DNA of 64,000 bases from Octopus vulgaris (lineage: Eukaryota), in NCBI GenBank assembly GCA_951406725.2, contig OX597818.1, positions 62,496,001-62,560,000 on the forward strand, written 5' to 3'. The notes under the pieces are model-generated. The model had not been told where the DNA came from. It ran no database searches and saw nothing but the letters and a program-made list of their open reading frames with translations. Below are positions 51,750 to 64,000 of the stretch, piece after piece (positions within the stretch are counted from its first letter, which is position 1; each line of letters opens with the position of its first letter). Both the position numbers and the translations under genes were made by a program.

Positions 51750-52011
51750 TAGAAAATTAGTATTTTAAACCTCGCAACAAGAGATATTAAGCAACAGTAC
51801 TTTGGAGTAAAGATTGTTTGCCAACATAACATGGCAGTCCTGGTTTAGGACGAATGTTGCTGTAATTTAGCTCCAGGCTAATTCCCTTGTTGAAAAATAT
51901 AAGACAGATCGTGTCGTATAGCCAGCTGGAGACGCTGTCTCATGGGGCTAAATTGCAGCAACATTCGTCCTAAACCAGGACTGCCGTGTTAGGTTGGCAA
52001 ACAATATTTAC
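51750..52011. mobile_element. Foldback family copy with internal deletion (arms 51807-52011)
   Basis: gtaaagattgtttgccaacataac.. / ..gttaggttggcaaacaatatttac; shares its left flank with 5310-5364. Confidence 0.82.
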
Positions 52012-52814
52012 CTTTTATAATACTCGGTGTCTTACTCTTACAAATACCCAATTATAGGATTAAAAAACAGATTGTAAATGGATTTGAAATTGCATCTGCG
52101 GGTTATGTTATAGAGATTCTAGCTTATCATACACCTGATGTTTGCACTAACAGCAATCCATTGACCAAACTCATTCGACAATTACTTTTAGAAAAAATAT
52201 GAAACCGAGGATTATATACACAGGAAAAAAAAAATACTATTTATGATTTTCCCAGAGGATTTTATATCCTAAGTGGAATAGAAATATGAAAATATGCTTT
52301 AATCGGATTCCCAAACAGGTTTACTGAAGTAATTTGCACAGAGCTTACTTATTTTTTTACTGCTAAGATCCTTTCCGAGCTAACATAATCTAAATGGAAA
52401 GGCAGTCCACATTATGACGTTATCTTATAAATCTATTATATCATGTTATGCTTTAGATGAATAAATTATATGGAGTAACATACAACTTCCAAAATGGAAG
52501 AATGCACAGATTATTAAATATCTTCAATATTTGACTTATATGTTTTTCAATTACTTCATATAAGAAACAGGATCGCCATAATTGGTGAAGTTGCATCAAA
52601 GGACTGCAGCGGCACAAATTAAACGCAAAATACGCAAGTCCAGAGTCAACTTATTGCCTTCGAGCTCAACCGATCGCCAGTGCCCGACCTTCGGTTGAAC
52701 CCTCCGACACGCTTCGAGCAGTTTGGCCATAGCCTGACACGCCGTGGCATCATCTTCTCCCATGTGAGGTCCTTGGTTGTCGACCACAACGGCGGACGAA
52801 CTAGTAATAAAAAT

Positions 52815-53258
52815 GATCCTTCTACTATAGGCACAAGGACTGAAATTTTGATGGGGGAGGGCTAGTCGATTACATCGACTCAAATGCTTAGCTGGTACTT
52901 ATTTCATTGACCCCGAAAAGATGAAAGACAAAGTCGACCTCGTCGGAATTTGAACTCAGAACGTAAAGACGGACAGAATGTCTCTAAGCATTTTCTCCGG
53001 CATGCTAACGTTTCAGCCAGCTCACCGCCCTAATAATGAAAATTATCCTTTCTACTATAGGCAAAAGGCATGAAATTTTGGGGGAGAGGCCAGTAGATTA
53101 TATTGACCCCAGTACGCAACTAGCACTTAATTTATCGACAATGAAAGGAGGAAAGGCGACGCCGACCTCGGCGGAATTTGAACTCTGATCGTAAAAACAG
53201 GCGAAATACGGCTAAGCATTTCACCCGGCGTGCTAACGAGTCTGCCAGCTGACCGCCT
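52815..53258 (-). mobile_element. Two tandem family A SINEs (tail type 2) beside (TAA)n
   Basis: Two head-to-tail copies of about 215 bp each. Confidence 0.87.
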
Positions 53259-53281
53259 TAATACTAATGATAATAATAATG

Positions 53282-53379
<98 letters not shown>

Positions 53380-54548
53380 ATTTTACCTGTGAATTTACGT
53401 GCGTAATCTGGGAAAGCATACAATGAGCTTCTCTGCCCTAGGTGTACGGAAAACACTCGGCAAGAAATGGAAGAAAATTTGAAAAAAGAAAGAAAAAAAA
53501 TAATAATATTAATTAGCGGGATCAGGGAATATTTCACGGAATTAACGGTAAACTTCTTGACTTATCTCTGAAAACTTCATCATCCGTAAAACCTGAAAGC
53601 GTAGCCTGTGTTGTGTTTGTATCAAAATATAATCGCCCATCTGCCTACTCATTGAAAAGTGAAGGAAATTGGAATACAATGATTACTTAATGCACTTTAT
53701 ATATACACTTTATATACTTTATTTACAAATTTATAGACTTAATATACAGCACTGATAAAATAAATATTCACTCTTATTTTCCCTTTTTCCCATTAGATAA
53801 TGAAAAAATATCCCGTACTTATGATACAACCTTTGGTTAAATTGCGTATATCTATCGCGTAAATAAGCGTGAATATTACACGGAGTTGCACTGCTGCGCA
53901 TGCGTTATGCGCTATAACAAAACTTAGTTCAATGATAACAAAATACACTCTTCACTATCGAATCACCACCACTCTATCACTACTACCTCCGTCACCACCA
54001 CCTCTACCCCCAAACCACCAATGTTACCCATACGCTCTCCTATGCTGGGTGCTGTTTCTCCGCAGTAGCATAGGAGAGCGTATAGGTGAACATTGGCGAG
54101 AGCTCAAAGAAGGGAAAGCTCGTCAGTGCTCTACCAATATGGTCAGCCCGATTAATAGCATAGAGGTTAAAGTACTATCGACACAGAACTGACACGTTAC
54201 TTAGACAGGTTACAGAAGCTACACACATAATAGTAGACAGACCGAGTCTCAATACAAAACAAGAATGGAATAGTAACACCCACCACCACACCACACCATA
54301 TGACTAAATACAGTAGGGACGTGAAGAGAGAGGGAGGGAAAGAAGGAAAACAAAAAAGATAAATATACACAGATACTTCGAGTAAGATACTCACACGTAA
54401 GACGTATATAGACTTATCTGTGATACTTATGAGAAATAGAGATCGTTGAGTAAAATATATATATAAGTAAATATATAAATAGACAAACAAATATATATAT
54501 ATATATGTGTGTGTTTGTGTGTATGTATGTATGAATGTATGAATATGC

Positions 54549-55047
<499 letters not shown>

Positions 55048-55055
55048 TTGTCATA

Positions 55056-55428
55056 TGTGGTAAGTAGCTTGCTAACCAACCACATGGTTCCGGGTTCAGT
55101 CCCACTGCGTGGCATCTTGGGCAAGTGTCTTCTGCTATAGCCCCGGGCCGACCGATGCCTTGTGAGTGGATTTGGTAGACGGAAACTGAGAGAAGCCTGT
55201 CGTATATATATATGTGTGTGTGTCTGTGTTTGTCCCCCTAGCATTGCTTGACAACCGATGCTGGTATGTTTACGTCCCCGTCACTTCGCAGTTCGGCAAA
55301 AAGGGACCGATAGAATAAGTGCTGGGCTTACAATGAATAAGTCCCGGGGTCGATTTGCTCGACTAAAGGCGGTGCTCCAGCATGGCCGCAGTCAAATGAC
55401 TGAAACAAGTAAAAGAGTAAAAGAGTAA
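55056..55428 (+). mobile_element. SINE family B
   Basis: Reverse-complement homolog of 49405-49821. Confidence 0.92.
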
Positions 55429-56350
55429 AATAGATATATATATATATATAAATGTCTGCCACATACCGGTGGTAAATGTAAGACAAAGATCGATAATATA
55501 AATAAATAAAATAAACAAAACTATATAAAGGGCATGGATGCATACGAGGCAAACCCATACACGCACATAAACACACACACATGAAACATCATGGATGGCC
55601 AAGTCGGTATAATAATCAACATTTTCCCCCTGTTTTCTTGAGTTTTGGCATCAAATATTTATATCAACTCAACTTCTAGAATGTTTTTCTTATCAATAAT
55701 TAATGCCATTAAAATTCTCATATTCTATTCGCCTTTCGGCTTGCGAAAGAAGTCCTATAAAATCTGATTTCATCGTTTTTGAATACTTATATTTTTCCCC
55801 ATAAAATGTTACATAGCTATTTTCTTGGTATCTAAAATCAGACATCTTGCAACAAATCCTGAGGGTTATTGCAGTAAACCAATGCTTTTCATTTTATTCT
55901 TTCATACATTTCATATTTTATACTGCAGCCATACTGGAGCTTTGTATTCATTTCGCATTAGCTGGGAGAAATCTTAGATGCAAGCTTTTATCTATGGTTG
56001 TGCCCTCAATATTTAAGTGAACAAACATTCTCTTAATCCATTTAACTCTTCGGGTCTGTTCTCTTGCTGCTTTTGGTAAGATTCTCTTTCAGTACTCTGT
56101 TCTTTAACTAAAACCAGCTGGCCTTCTTATCTATTATCTCCGTTGCCTTTCTGAAAATGCATTAAATGCAGATTTTTTTTTCTTCACAGTTTGAGCAAAT
56201 ACCAGAGGAAGAATTATCATCTTTATCTTCCACAATCACTTCATTTCTCTCTAAGGACTTCTTGATATTTTTCACTTTACCGTTTCTTTTCTGTCCGATC
56301 TATTATCATATAGTACAACAAAATACCATGTCCTCCTCCTCGCCGCCTTC

Positions 56351-56422
<72 letters not shown>

Positions 56423-56427
<5 letters not shown>

Positions 56428-56907
56428 CATGCCTCCTCATTGATATGACTGTCCCAATCGATATAAACGTATCTGTCAAGATCTACCAAAAACTGAGCAA
56501 ATATAAAAATCTTGAAATAAAAATCAGCAAAATGTGGAAGCTGAAGACTAAAACAATACCTGTTGTCATAGGTGCCCTAGGAATGATAGCAAAAGGGGCT
56601 GATTGCTAACTCAGATACCAGGAAACCCCAAAATGGCAGAAATTCAAAAGATCGTCCTCATGGGAACTGCTCGTATTCTACGCAAAATACTTTCTATGTA
56701 ATCTCAAGTTTTAAAACAAACATAATTTTCGTATGTTTTTTTTCCTTTTTCCTTTTAGACATTCACTAGTACAACACTAAATACAAAACCAAATATATGG
56801 CACACTAGGCATAACAACAACATGAACTTCCAGCCTGTTGTCTCTTGAGGTCTCTGGGTGAGATTTGGAGCCAACTTGTACAAATGTAAAGCAAAAGTCA
56901 AACATAA

Positions 56908-56909
<2 letters not shown>
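56423..56909 (+). mobile_element. Dong/R4-clade LINE, short 5'-truncated copy in (TAA)n
   Basis: CLLIDMTVP..KLSKYKNL..IPVVIGALG (RLE domain) plus 3' UTR; (TAA)n on both sides. Confidence 0.92.
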
Positions 56910-56989
<80 letters not shown>

Positions 56990-58410
56990 CAAGAAGCTGA
57001 ATGCAAGAAACAGGATCGAAGTGATCAATGCATTGGCCATACCAGTCGTGACTTACAGTTTCAATTATCGTTAACTGGTCAATTACTGAAATATGTCAGC
57101 ACGACAGAAAAATAAGAAAACTGTTGACAATGCATAGAATGCACCACCCTAAGGCAGATACAGAACGACTCTATCTGCCAAGAAAAGAGGGAGGCCGTGG
57201 TCTTTTGCAACTGGCAATAACAATGAAGATTGCTACAATTGGCCTAGACACCTACCTGAAAAACTCTGAGGACTGGATGTTAAAACTTGTCTCAAAACAT
57301 GAAAACAAGAAAGCATCATACTCAGTAACAAATATCTAAGTGAATTCCGAATACAACCAATTTCGGAATTAGAGATAGACATACAAGAAACAAGCATAGA
57401 AAAAGCTAGGCGCATGAAAACCCGTGCCAAAACTGCGGCCTTAGATATTCTGAATAATAAATGGCAAGAAAAACCTCCCTATGGCAAATACCCAAAGAGA
57501 GCGAATAATGCAGATATTGACAAAGCCCTGACCCATCAATGGCTAAAGGGGATCTGGCTTAAAATCTGAAACAGAGGGGTTTATCATAGCAGCTCAAGAT
57601 CAATACCTACCAACAAGAAACTACCAGGCCAACATATTAAAGAACGGCAGTAGCCCAACATGTCGTGTATGCCGACAACAAAATGAAACCATTGATCATG
57701 TTGTTTCCAAATGTAGTCTTCTAGCGCCTACAGAGTACTTCAACAGGCATGATAGAGCTGCACAATATATTCACTGGATAATTTGCAAAAACCTGGATTT
57801 GCCCATGAAAAAAAATGGTGGGAACACAATCCACCTCCAGTGCTTGAAAATGACCACATCTCACTCCTCTGGAACTTCGCCATTCAAACTGACAGAAAGA
57901 TAGATGCAAATAGGCCATACATCATATTGAAAGACTTCAGACAAAGAACATGCCTCCTCATTGATATGACTGTCCCAATCGATATAAACGTATCTGTCAA
58001 GACCTACCAAAAACTGAGCAAATATAAAGATCTTGAAATAGAAATCAGCAAAATGTGGAAGCTGAAGACTAAAACAATACCTGTTGTCATAGGTGCCCTG
58101 GGAATGATAGCGAAAGGAACTTATTACTACCTAACTCAGATACCAGGAAACCCCAAAATGGCAGAAATTCAAAAGATAGTGCTCATGGGAACTGCTCATA
58201 TCCTACGCAAAATACTCTCTATGTAATCCCAAGGTTTAAAACAAACTTTTTTTTATGTGTTAGACATTCACTAGTACAACACTAAAAAACCCCAAATATA
58301 TGGCACACTAGGCATAACAACAACGTGAACTTCCAACTTGTTGTCTCTTGAAGTCTCTGGGTGAGACTTGGAGCCAACCTGTACAGACATAAAGCAAAAG
58401 TCAAACATAG
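56990..58410 (+). pseudogene. Dong/R4-clade LINE 3' part (post-RT region, CCHC finger, RLE)
   Basis: HHPKADTERLYLPRKEGGRGL, CRVCRQQNETIDHVVSKC..YFNRHD, LWNFAIQTDRKIDANRP..IDMTVP..KLSKY; frameshifts; flanked by (TAA)n. Confidence 0.93.
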
Positions 58411-58444
58411 AATAATAATAATAACAATAATAATTATTGTTATT

Positions 58445-58980
58445 ATTTACTTTTAATTTGCACGCTTGTTACAATCACTTGACAGGGCAAAAATTGGTAC
58501 GACCACAAACCCAAAGGCATCATCGAAAATGATAATCCAAAGATTCTGTGGGATTTTATGATTCAGTGCGTCCATGAGATAGAGAATAGGAAGCCAGACA
58601 TAGACTTAATTGAGAAAGACAGAAAACTATGTGCTGGATCATAGATATAACATGCCCAGCTGACAAGGTATGCGATAAGGAAGAAAGAAAAGTTGATAGA
58701 TTTGACAGGTTAGCTTGGGAAGTTAAGCGGTTGTGGTCGGTGAAAAATGTGGTAGTAGTACCAATAATTGTCGGAGCCTTGGGAACAGTGTGCAAAAATC
58801 TCAAGAAGTACGCGGAACAAATAGGGGCTGCAATAAGGGTGGGGCACTTGCAGAAAACAGCACTGCTTAGAACCGTTCGAATACGCCCGAAGGTGCTCGA
58901 AAGATAAGCGTTACCTTAGTTCACTGGTAGTGAACAGCTGACACCCTAATACATCTCCAGCGTTAGAAGCTTTGCAAATA
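58445..58980 (+). mobile_element. Second Dong/R4 family, RLE fragment
   Basis: WYDHKPKGIIEND..ILWDF..NRKPDI, IIDITCPAD..VVPIIVGALG; followed by (TGA)n(TAA)n. Confidence 0.9.
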
Positions 58981-59003
58981 TGATGATGATGATGATGATG
59001 ATG

Positions 59004-59061
<58 letters not shown>

Positions 59062-59062
<1 letters not shown>

Positions 59063-59257
59063 CGTTTCTACTTTACGCACAAAGCCTGAAATTTAGTGGG
59101 AGGAGACTAGTCGATTACATCAACCCCAGTATTTTACTGGTACTTAATTTATCGACCCCGACAGGATGAAAAGCAAAGTCGACCTCGGCGGAACTTGAAC
59201 TCAGAACGTAGCTGCAAGCGAAATACCGCTGCTAACGATTCTGGCAGTTCGCCGCCT
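59062..59257 (-). mobile_element. SINE family A
   Basis: Tail type 2 abutting (TAA)n. Confidence 0.85.
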
Positions 59258-59806
59258 TGCTAATTCTAATTATGCCGAGGATATTTCGTAATTACTCTTG
59301 TAAGATTCGCCAAAGTATTGATTCCTACTGCCATGTTATTTGCACTCTGATTCCTAGAATACAGATGCCTAGAACCTTATCATTTGCACTAGGATCTATA
59401 GGTTTGAGGCCTATTATTCTTTGCGCTAGAACCGCTAGAACATTGGTGGCTATTACTTATTGCTGACATCTAGCTCTGTTCTAAGAAGTCATGCAACGCA
59501 ATTATCTTTCAATCATGGAATGAGTGACGCAGTTTGCTCTTTATTCTTTGTCGTTGCTTTTGCTTAGGAAATCATTATTAGTTTGGTATTACTATCACTT
59601 ACTATCCCTTACTTTGATTACTGGTAACCAATCAACGCTTGATATGAATATTTGTGACCCAATACTGTTTATAGCCAAATGCACAAACAATACACAGGTA
59701 AACCAATATATTACTTGTCAGATTATTACTATTTTCTAAAAACCTGGGACACTTTCGGATATGATTCGGTGATGTTTCATCTACATTAAATGAAATAGGA
59801 TACTTT

Positions 59807-60100
59807 TGTTGTTTGTTCCTTCTCGAGCCATGCCTGGCTCTTAAGGGCCGGTTTCTCGGTTTCTTGGCGTATAGGTTCCCCACCTGGACGGGGCGCCGGT
59901 CTGTCGCAGGTGAGCTGCAAGATGCAGGAGGAAGGAGTGAGAGAAAGTTGTGGTGAAAGAGTCAGCATTACCTTCTGCCAGAGCCGCGTGGAGCTGAGGT
60001 GTTTCGCTCATAAACACACACAACGCCCGGTCTGAGAATCGAACCGGCGATCCCTCGACCACGAGTCCGCTACTCTAAACATTAGGCCATGTGCCTCCAC
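59807..60100 (-). mobile_element. SINE family C variant with 14-bp TSD
   Basis: aaataggatacttt at 59793-59806 and 60101-60114. Confidence 0.92.
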
Positions 60101-62340
60101 AAATAGGATACTTTCAGGCCCATCCACTCTTTTTATATCGTGTTTATTAAACGTTAACTGGTTTTCTCAGATGTTTTGTAGTATTGACATAAGGTGTCTA
60201 CGTCTGGATTTGAAATTCCATCGGGGCGAATTTACCTTCTATCCTTCCACAGTTGATGAAATGATAACCGCTGGTCAACGAATAGAGAGGAAACATGTTT
60301 CCTTGTGATCTATTATATTACATCTAAGGAATTTGTAACATTGTCCCTTAGAAATTATTATTTTTGCATTGCCCCTAGAAATTATTACAATTGTAATATC
60401 CTCTAGAAATTGTTATTGCAACGTTGCTCCCGGGAAATGAATATGGTGTCGAACTGGGGACCTGGGTCGATAAATGCTTGCCCATAACCCGCAGCGTCAA
60501 CCTGGCAATGGTCTTATATTCTCGGTGATGTTAAATCGAAGGATAGGTTAGTATAGTATGTAATCTATCAAACGAAATAGTTAATATAGATATATTTGGA
60601 ATATTTAGAGAGATAAATATCAACCTAAAGGGAAGAATTCACTCAAAGTATGAAAATATTGGATCCATTCCAGGTTTTAAAACTACGCTAAATAAAGCTC
60701 CTTGTATTAAAAATGAAACCCAAAATAAATACTATACAATTATTTCAATGGTGTTAAGCTTCAATATATCCTACATCTCTGTTCCATGAAACTGTTTATA
60801 GTCTTAGCAACAACAAGAAAGCCAACAACAAAATGAAGAAAAACATCAAGAAATATAACAACAACAACAACATGAGTAGTAGGAGCAACAACAGTAGCAA
60901 TGGCAACAATAACGATGCAAAAGTCCAAAACCTATAATCTTGACAGGTCATATTTCAGTAGATCCGGTTTCAGTGTTACGCCCGAATTATCATTGGCTCT
61001 TTCTCGAATAATATCGCCATATATATTTTTATTTCTCTAGCTTTGTGAGGGGGTATTTTTAATATATTAATTCTTATATAAAATAAAGGGTCTCCTAGGA
61101 GGCATGATCCGACGTCTTCGCCCTCAGAGAAAGTAATTCAACTTAATATTTCTGAAGTGGTAGAAAAAGATGAAGATAACAAATGAACCATTTAATGCTA
61201 GAACTAGATTGATTGGCACTATTTATCGATCTACACGAGAATGAAAAATGTCACAGAAGTCATTTAACAATATGTAAATGATGGATGTATCTTGAGAGGA
61301 TGTAATATAATCTACTCATAAAAATAGACGGATGTATTTATAAATATTGATTTATACAACACTAATATTTCTATTGAAATCAAAATGTTTAAAAGGCCGT
61401 CATCATGAAAGTAACAATATAAAATATAAGGGATTTTAACTGTACCAGCTAACGGTGGTTCTTCGTCACTAACTTCGTGTTAAACGCTGTGATATTTCGT
61501 TGCTTAATAATATCCCCAAGGTCTCAAAAGTAAGCTTCTCTTAAGCAACACGGGTTTGTGTATAGTTAGATGACAGTCCCTATGCGGTTGCTAAACCTGC
61601 TGGAAATAGCAATTAAACGTGACTTAAATCATTTTACAGATTTTGTTTTGTAAAGAGAGGGTCATATAAGGTAATGTAATTATGTATTACACAAAATTTG
61701 AGGCTGGTCATATATGGAAGGATACTGTTCTGTTTACTTTGAACTGAATTGTACCAAACAACTACAAGACAGCCACAGTTACTATAATTTGTTGTGTGTT
61801 TCCTGTCTTCAATACCAACTCTGTGTTCTGCTTTTTCCCGCTGAGTAACTTCAGCCTGTACTCACGAATTGTTTAGAATGATCAAATGTCTGTGTTGTAC
61901 AATAGCTCACTGCCTCCATCGATGCTACATTAACGGATGCTCCATCGATGCTACATTAACGGAGTGCCATTCGTCAATGTGAAATGATTGCCGAGCAAAC
62001 ATGGAATGAAATATTTGGCTTAAAAACACAACGCATCGCCTAGTTCGGGAATCGAAACCACAATCTTGTGATCCTAAGTGCAACGCACTGACTGCCTTCA
62101 CAACGATACTTTATGAACTCGGTTTCATCACATTTACTTGTTTCATAAAAATTTCAACACATACATATAACCACCATCAACGAAGCCACCTTAAAAACCC
62201 CTTACAGTTGCACGACTTGCTAGAAATAATAGCAATCTTAAGACGGGGAGATGCATTATGGAAGAGGTAAGTGTGATAGAAATGGAAATTAGCTTCTGAT
62301 CATAGTTGACCGGGGTTAAAAAATAAACAAACAAAAACAA

Positions 62341-62619
62341 TTATTTACATTATTTACATTTGTAAGATATTTGTCATCTTGTTTGTTGTTAACACAGCAT
62401 TTTGACTGATATACCCTCCAGCCTTCATCAGGTGTCTTGGGGAAATTTCGAATCTGGGTTCTCATTCCCAAGGCAATTTTCGCTGTTGGTATTATTATTA
62501 TTATTAGTAGTAGTATTCTTTTTCTTCTTATTATTATTCAGGTCACTGCCTGAAATCGAACTCGGAAGCTTGAGGTTAGTAGCCTGCGCTTTTAACCGCT
62601 ACGCCATATGACCGTGGGC
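62341..62619 (-). mobile_element. SINE family E with degenerate minimal hammerhead (62391-62436)
   Basis: Minus strand: tRNA-like head, (TAA)n, gacac-CTGATGA-a-ggctgg agggtata tcagtc-aaaatgct-gtgtt, then an (atgtaaata)n end. Confidence 0.75.
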
Positions 62620-63779
62620 AAAACAACTCTCTAAATATTTTCGTAGAAGGTTAGAAAAATTCATCATGTATTAAACCATAAATGCCTACATTGTAGCTGT
62701 AATTCAAAGTGGAAACCTTCCAAATGATAGAACTGGAAGCAGCTTCTTTAGCGAGAATGGAACGTTTTGGCGCAGCTGCTTCGGCGCCGCTGACTTGATA
62801 TCAAATATTTTAATGTTTCTCTCGATATCTCCCAATCTTCCACTCTGTCTGTTTGTCAGTCTCTCTCTCACTCTCTCTCTCTCTCTCTATCTCTCAATCT
62901 ATCTATTCATCCATCCATATATCTATATCTCTATCTCTCCACCTTTATTTATGTGTGAGAGTATGTTTCTTTTTATGCTAATGAGATGGAATATGTTTAT
63001 GTCAATCGGGTGCAATGAATAAATTATAATGTTTCTCTCACTCTCTCTCTCACATTATTTCTATCTGTATGTGTATATACATGTATATACCTGTATGTGT
63101 ATATACCTGTATATACCTGTATGTGTATATACCCTCTCTTTCTCTGTTACACTCTTTCTCTCATGTGTGTTTATCTAGACATCACTGTCGCCAAAAGATA
63201 ATTCGCAACAGGCTGCGCCAAATCGTCTCATTCCATTCTGAAACATCGACTTCTTGTGTAAGAAGCTGTTTGTCTACCCCTTCAGTTGCTTATCTAACAT
63301 TTTCAGCAATATTAAAAATACAGAATGTTGAACAATCTTCAAGAAATATCCATTTATCTGCTGGGTACCACTTACATTACAGCGTCTTTTTTTAAAATTT
63401 AGACTTAATAACTGAGCACTTTTAAAGAATATTAATTACCACACGAAACAAATATAAATATTATCAATAATATATTATTGTATATAGCATATTTATCAAT
63501 ATCATTAATATTAATCAAGCACATAGCATAAACCACAGTATATTGAGAATGGTAAACATAAAAAGCATTTGCCTGAAGGGAGAATATAGGCAAGATTAAA
63601 AGTAAACGGAACTTTAATAGCCAAACATGTAGGGAAACTTTTAAAACGCTAAATGGGAGCAAAATATCATAAACACTAAATTTGAACAAAATATTTATTT
63701 TTAACTACCCACAAGGGGCTAAACACAGAGAAGACAAACAAGGACAGACGGATTAAGTCGATTACATCGACCTCATATA

Positions 63780-64000
63780 AATCTCATATAAATCTCCTGG
63801 AAACTTCAGAAATGTGCAACAAAGCGAATACCTGCAGTCAGACACCTACCATTCTCTGAACGTCTTGCATTCCTGGGCATGGATACATTGAAGCCCAGAC
63901 GTCTGGAATTTGACTTGATTGATACCCACAAGATTATCCACCATATTTCCAACAACAACCTTGGGTACCTTTTTGAATTCCATTATAGCAGAAAGGATTA
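63780..64000 (+). pseudogene. CR1-group LINE C-terminal fragment
   Basis: QKCATKRIPAVRHLPFSERLAFLGMDTLKPRRLEFDLIDTHKIIH. Confidence 0.8.

Noticed and set aside
52596-52883. 95-aa minus-strand ORF
   Set aside because: It starts inside a SINE, and I found no recognisable domain or splice support.
61914-61963. 26-bp period tandem duplication
   Set aside because: Simple two-copy slippage duplication with no further structure.

Overview
Eukaryotic, AT-rich, repeat-dense non-coding DNA (intergenic or intronic), most likely from an octopus (inferred from the tRNA-derived SINE families and the extreme microsatellite load). I find no intact host protein-coding gene. Nearly all listed ORFs are microsatellite or low-complexity artefacts or decayed retroelement fragments. 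Recognisable content: a dead Penelope-like (GIY-YIG) fragment at the window start; Dong/R4-type RLE LINE fragments, three of them clustered in (TAA)n; CR1-like and RTE-like LINE 3' fragments; at least five SINE families; a HINE/DINE-1-like element; a hAT MITE; a foldback family; and a 3-kb polypyrimidine tract. The most interesting signal is a set of small non-autonomous elements carrying type I hammerhead ribozyme (HHR) folds. These are a 378-bp near-perfect palindrome with two back-to-back HHRs (33852-34229), an HHR with a long G-U-rich stem II inside a (TA)n-flanked insert (11711-11817), a tRNA-headed SINE with a minimal HHR in its tail (2113-2490 and 62341-62619), and further degenerate minimal HHRs. 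Other points of interest are SINE multimers sharing one fixed junction at four loci and two candidate recursive splice sites. All structures were read by eye; nothing was computed or searched.
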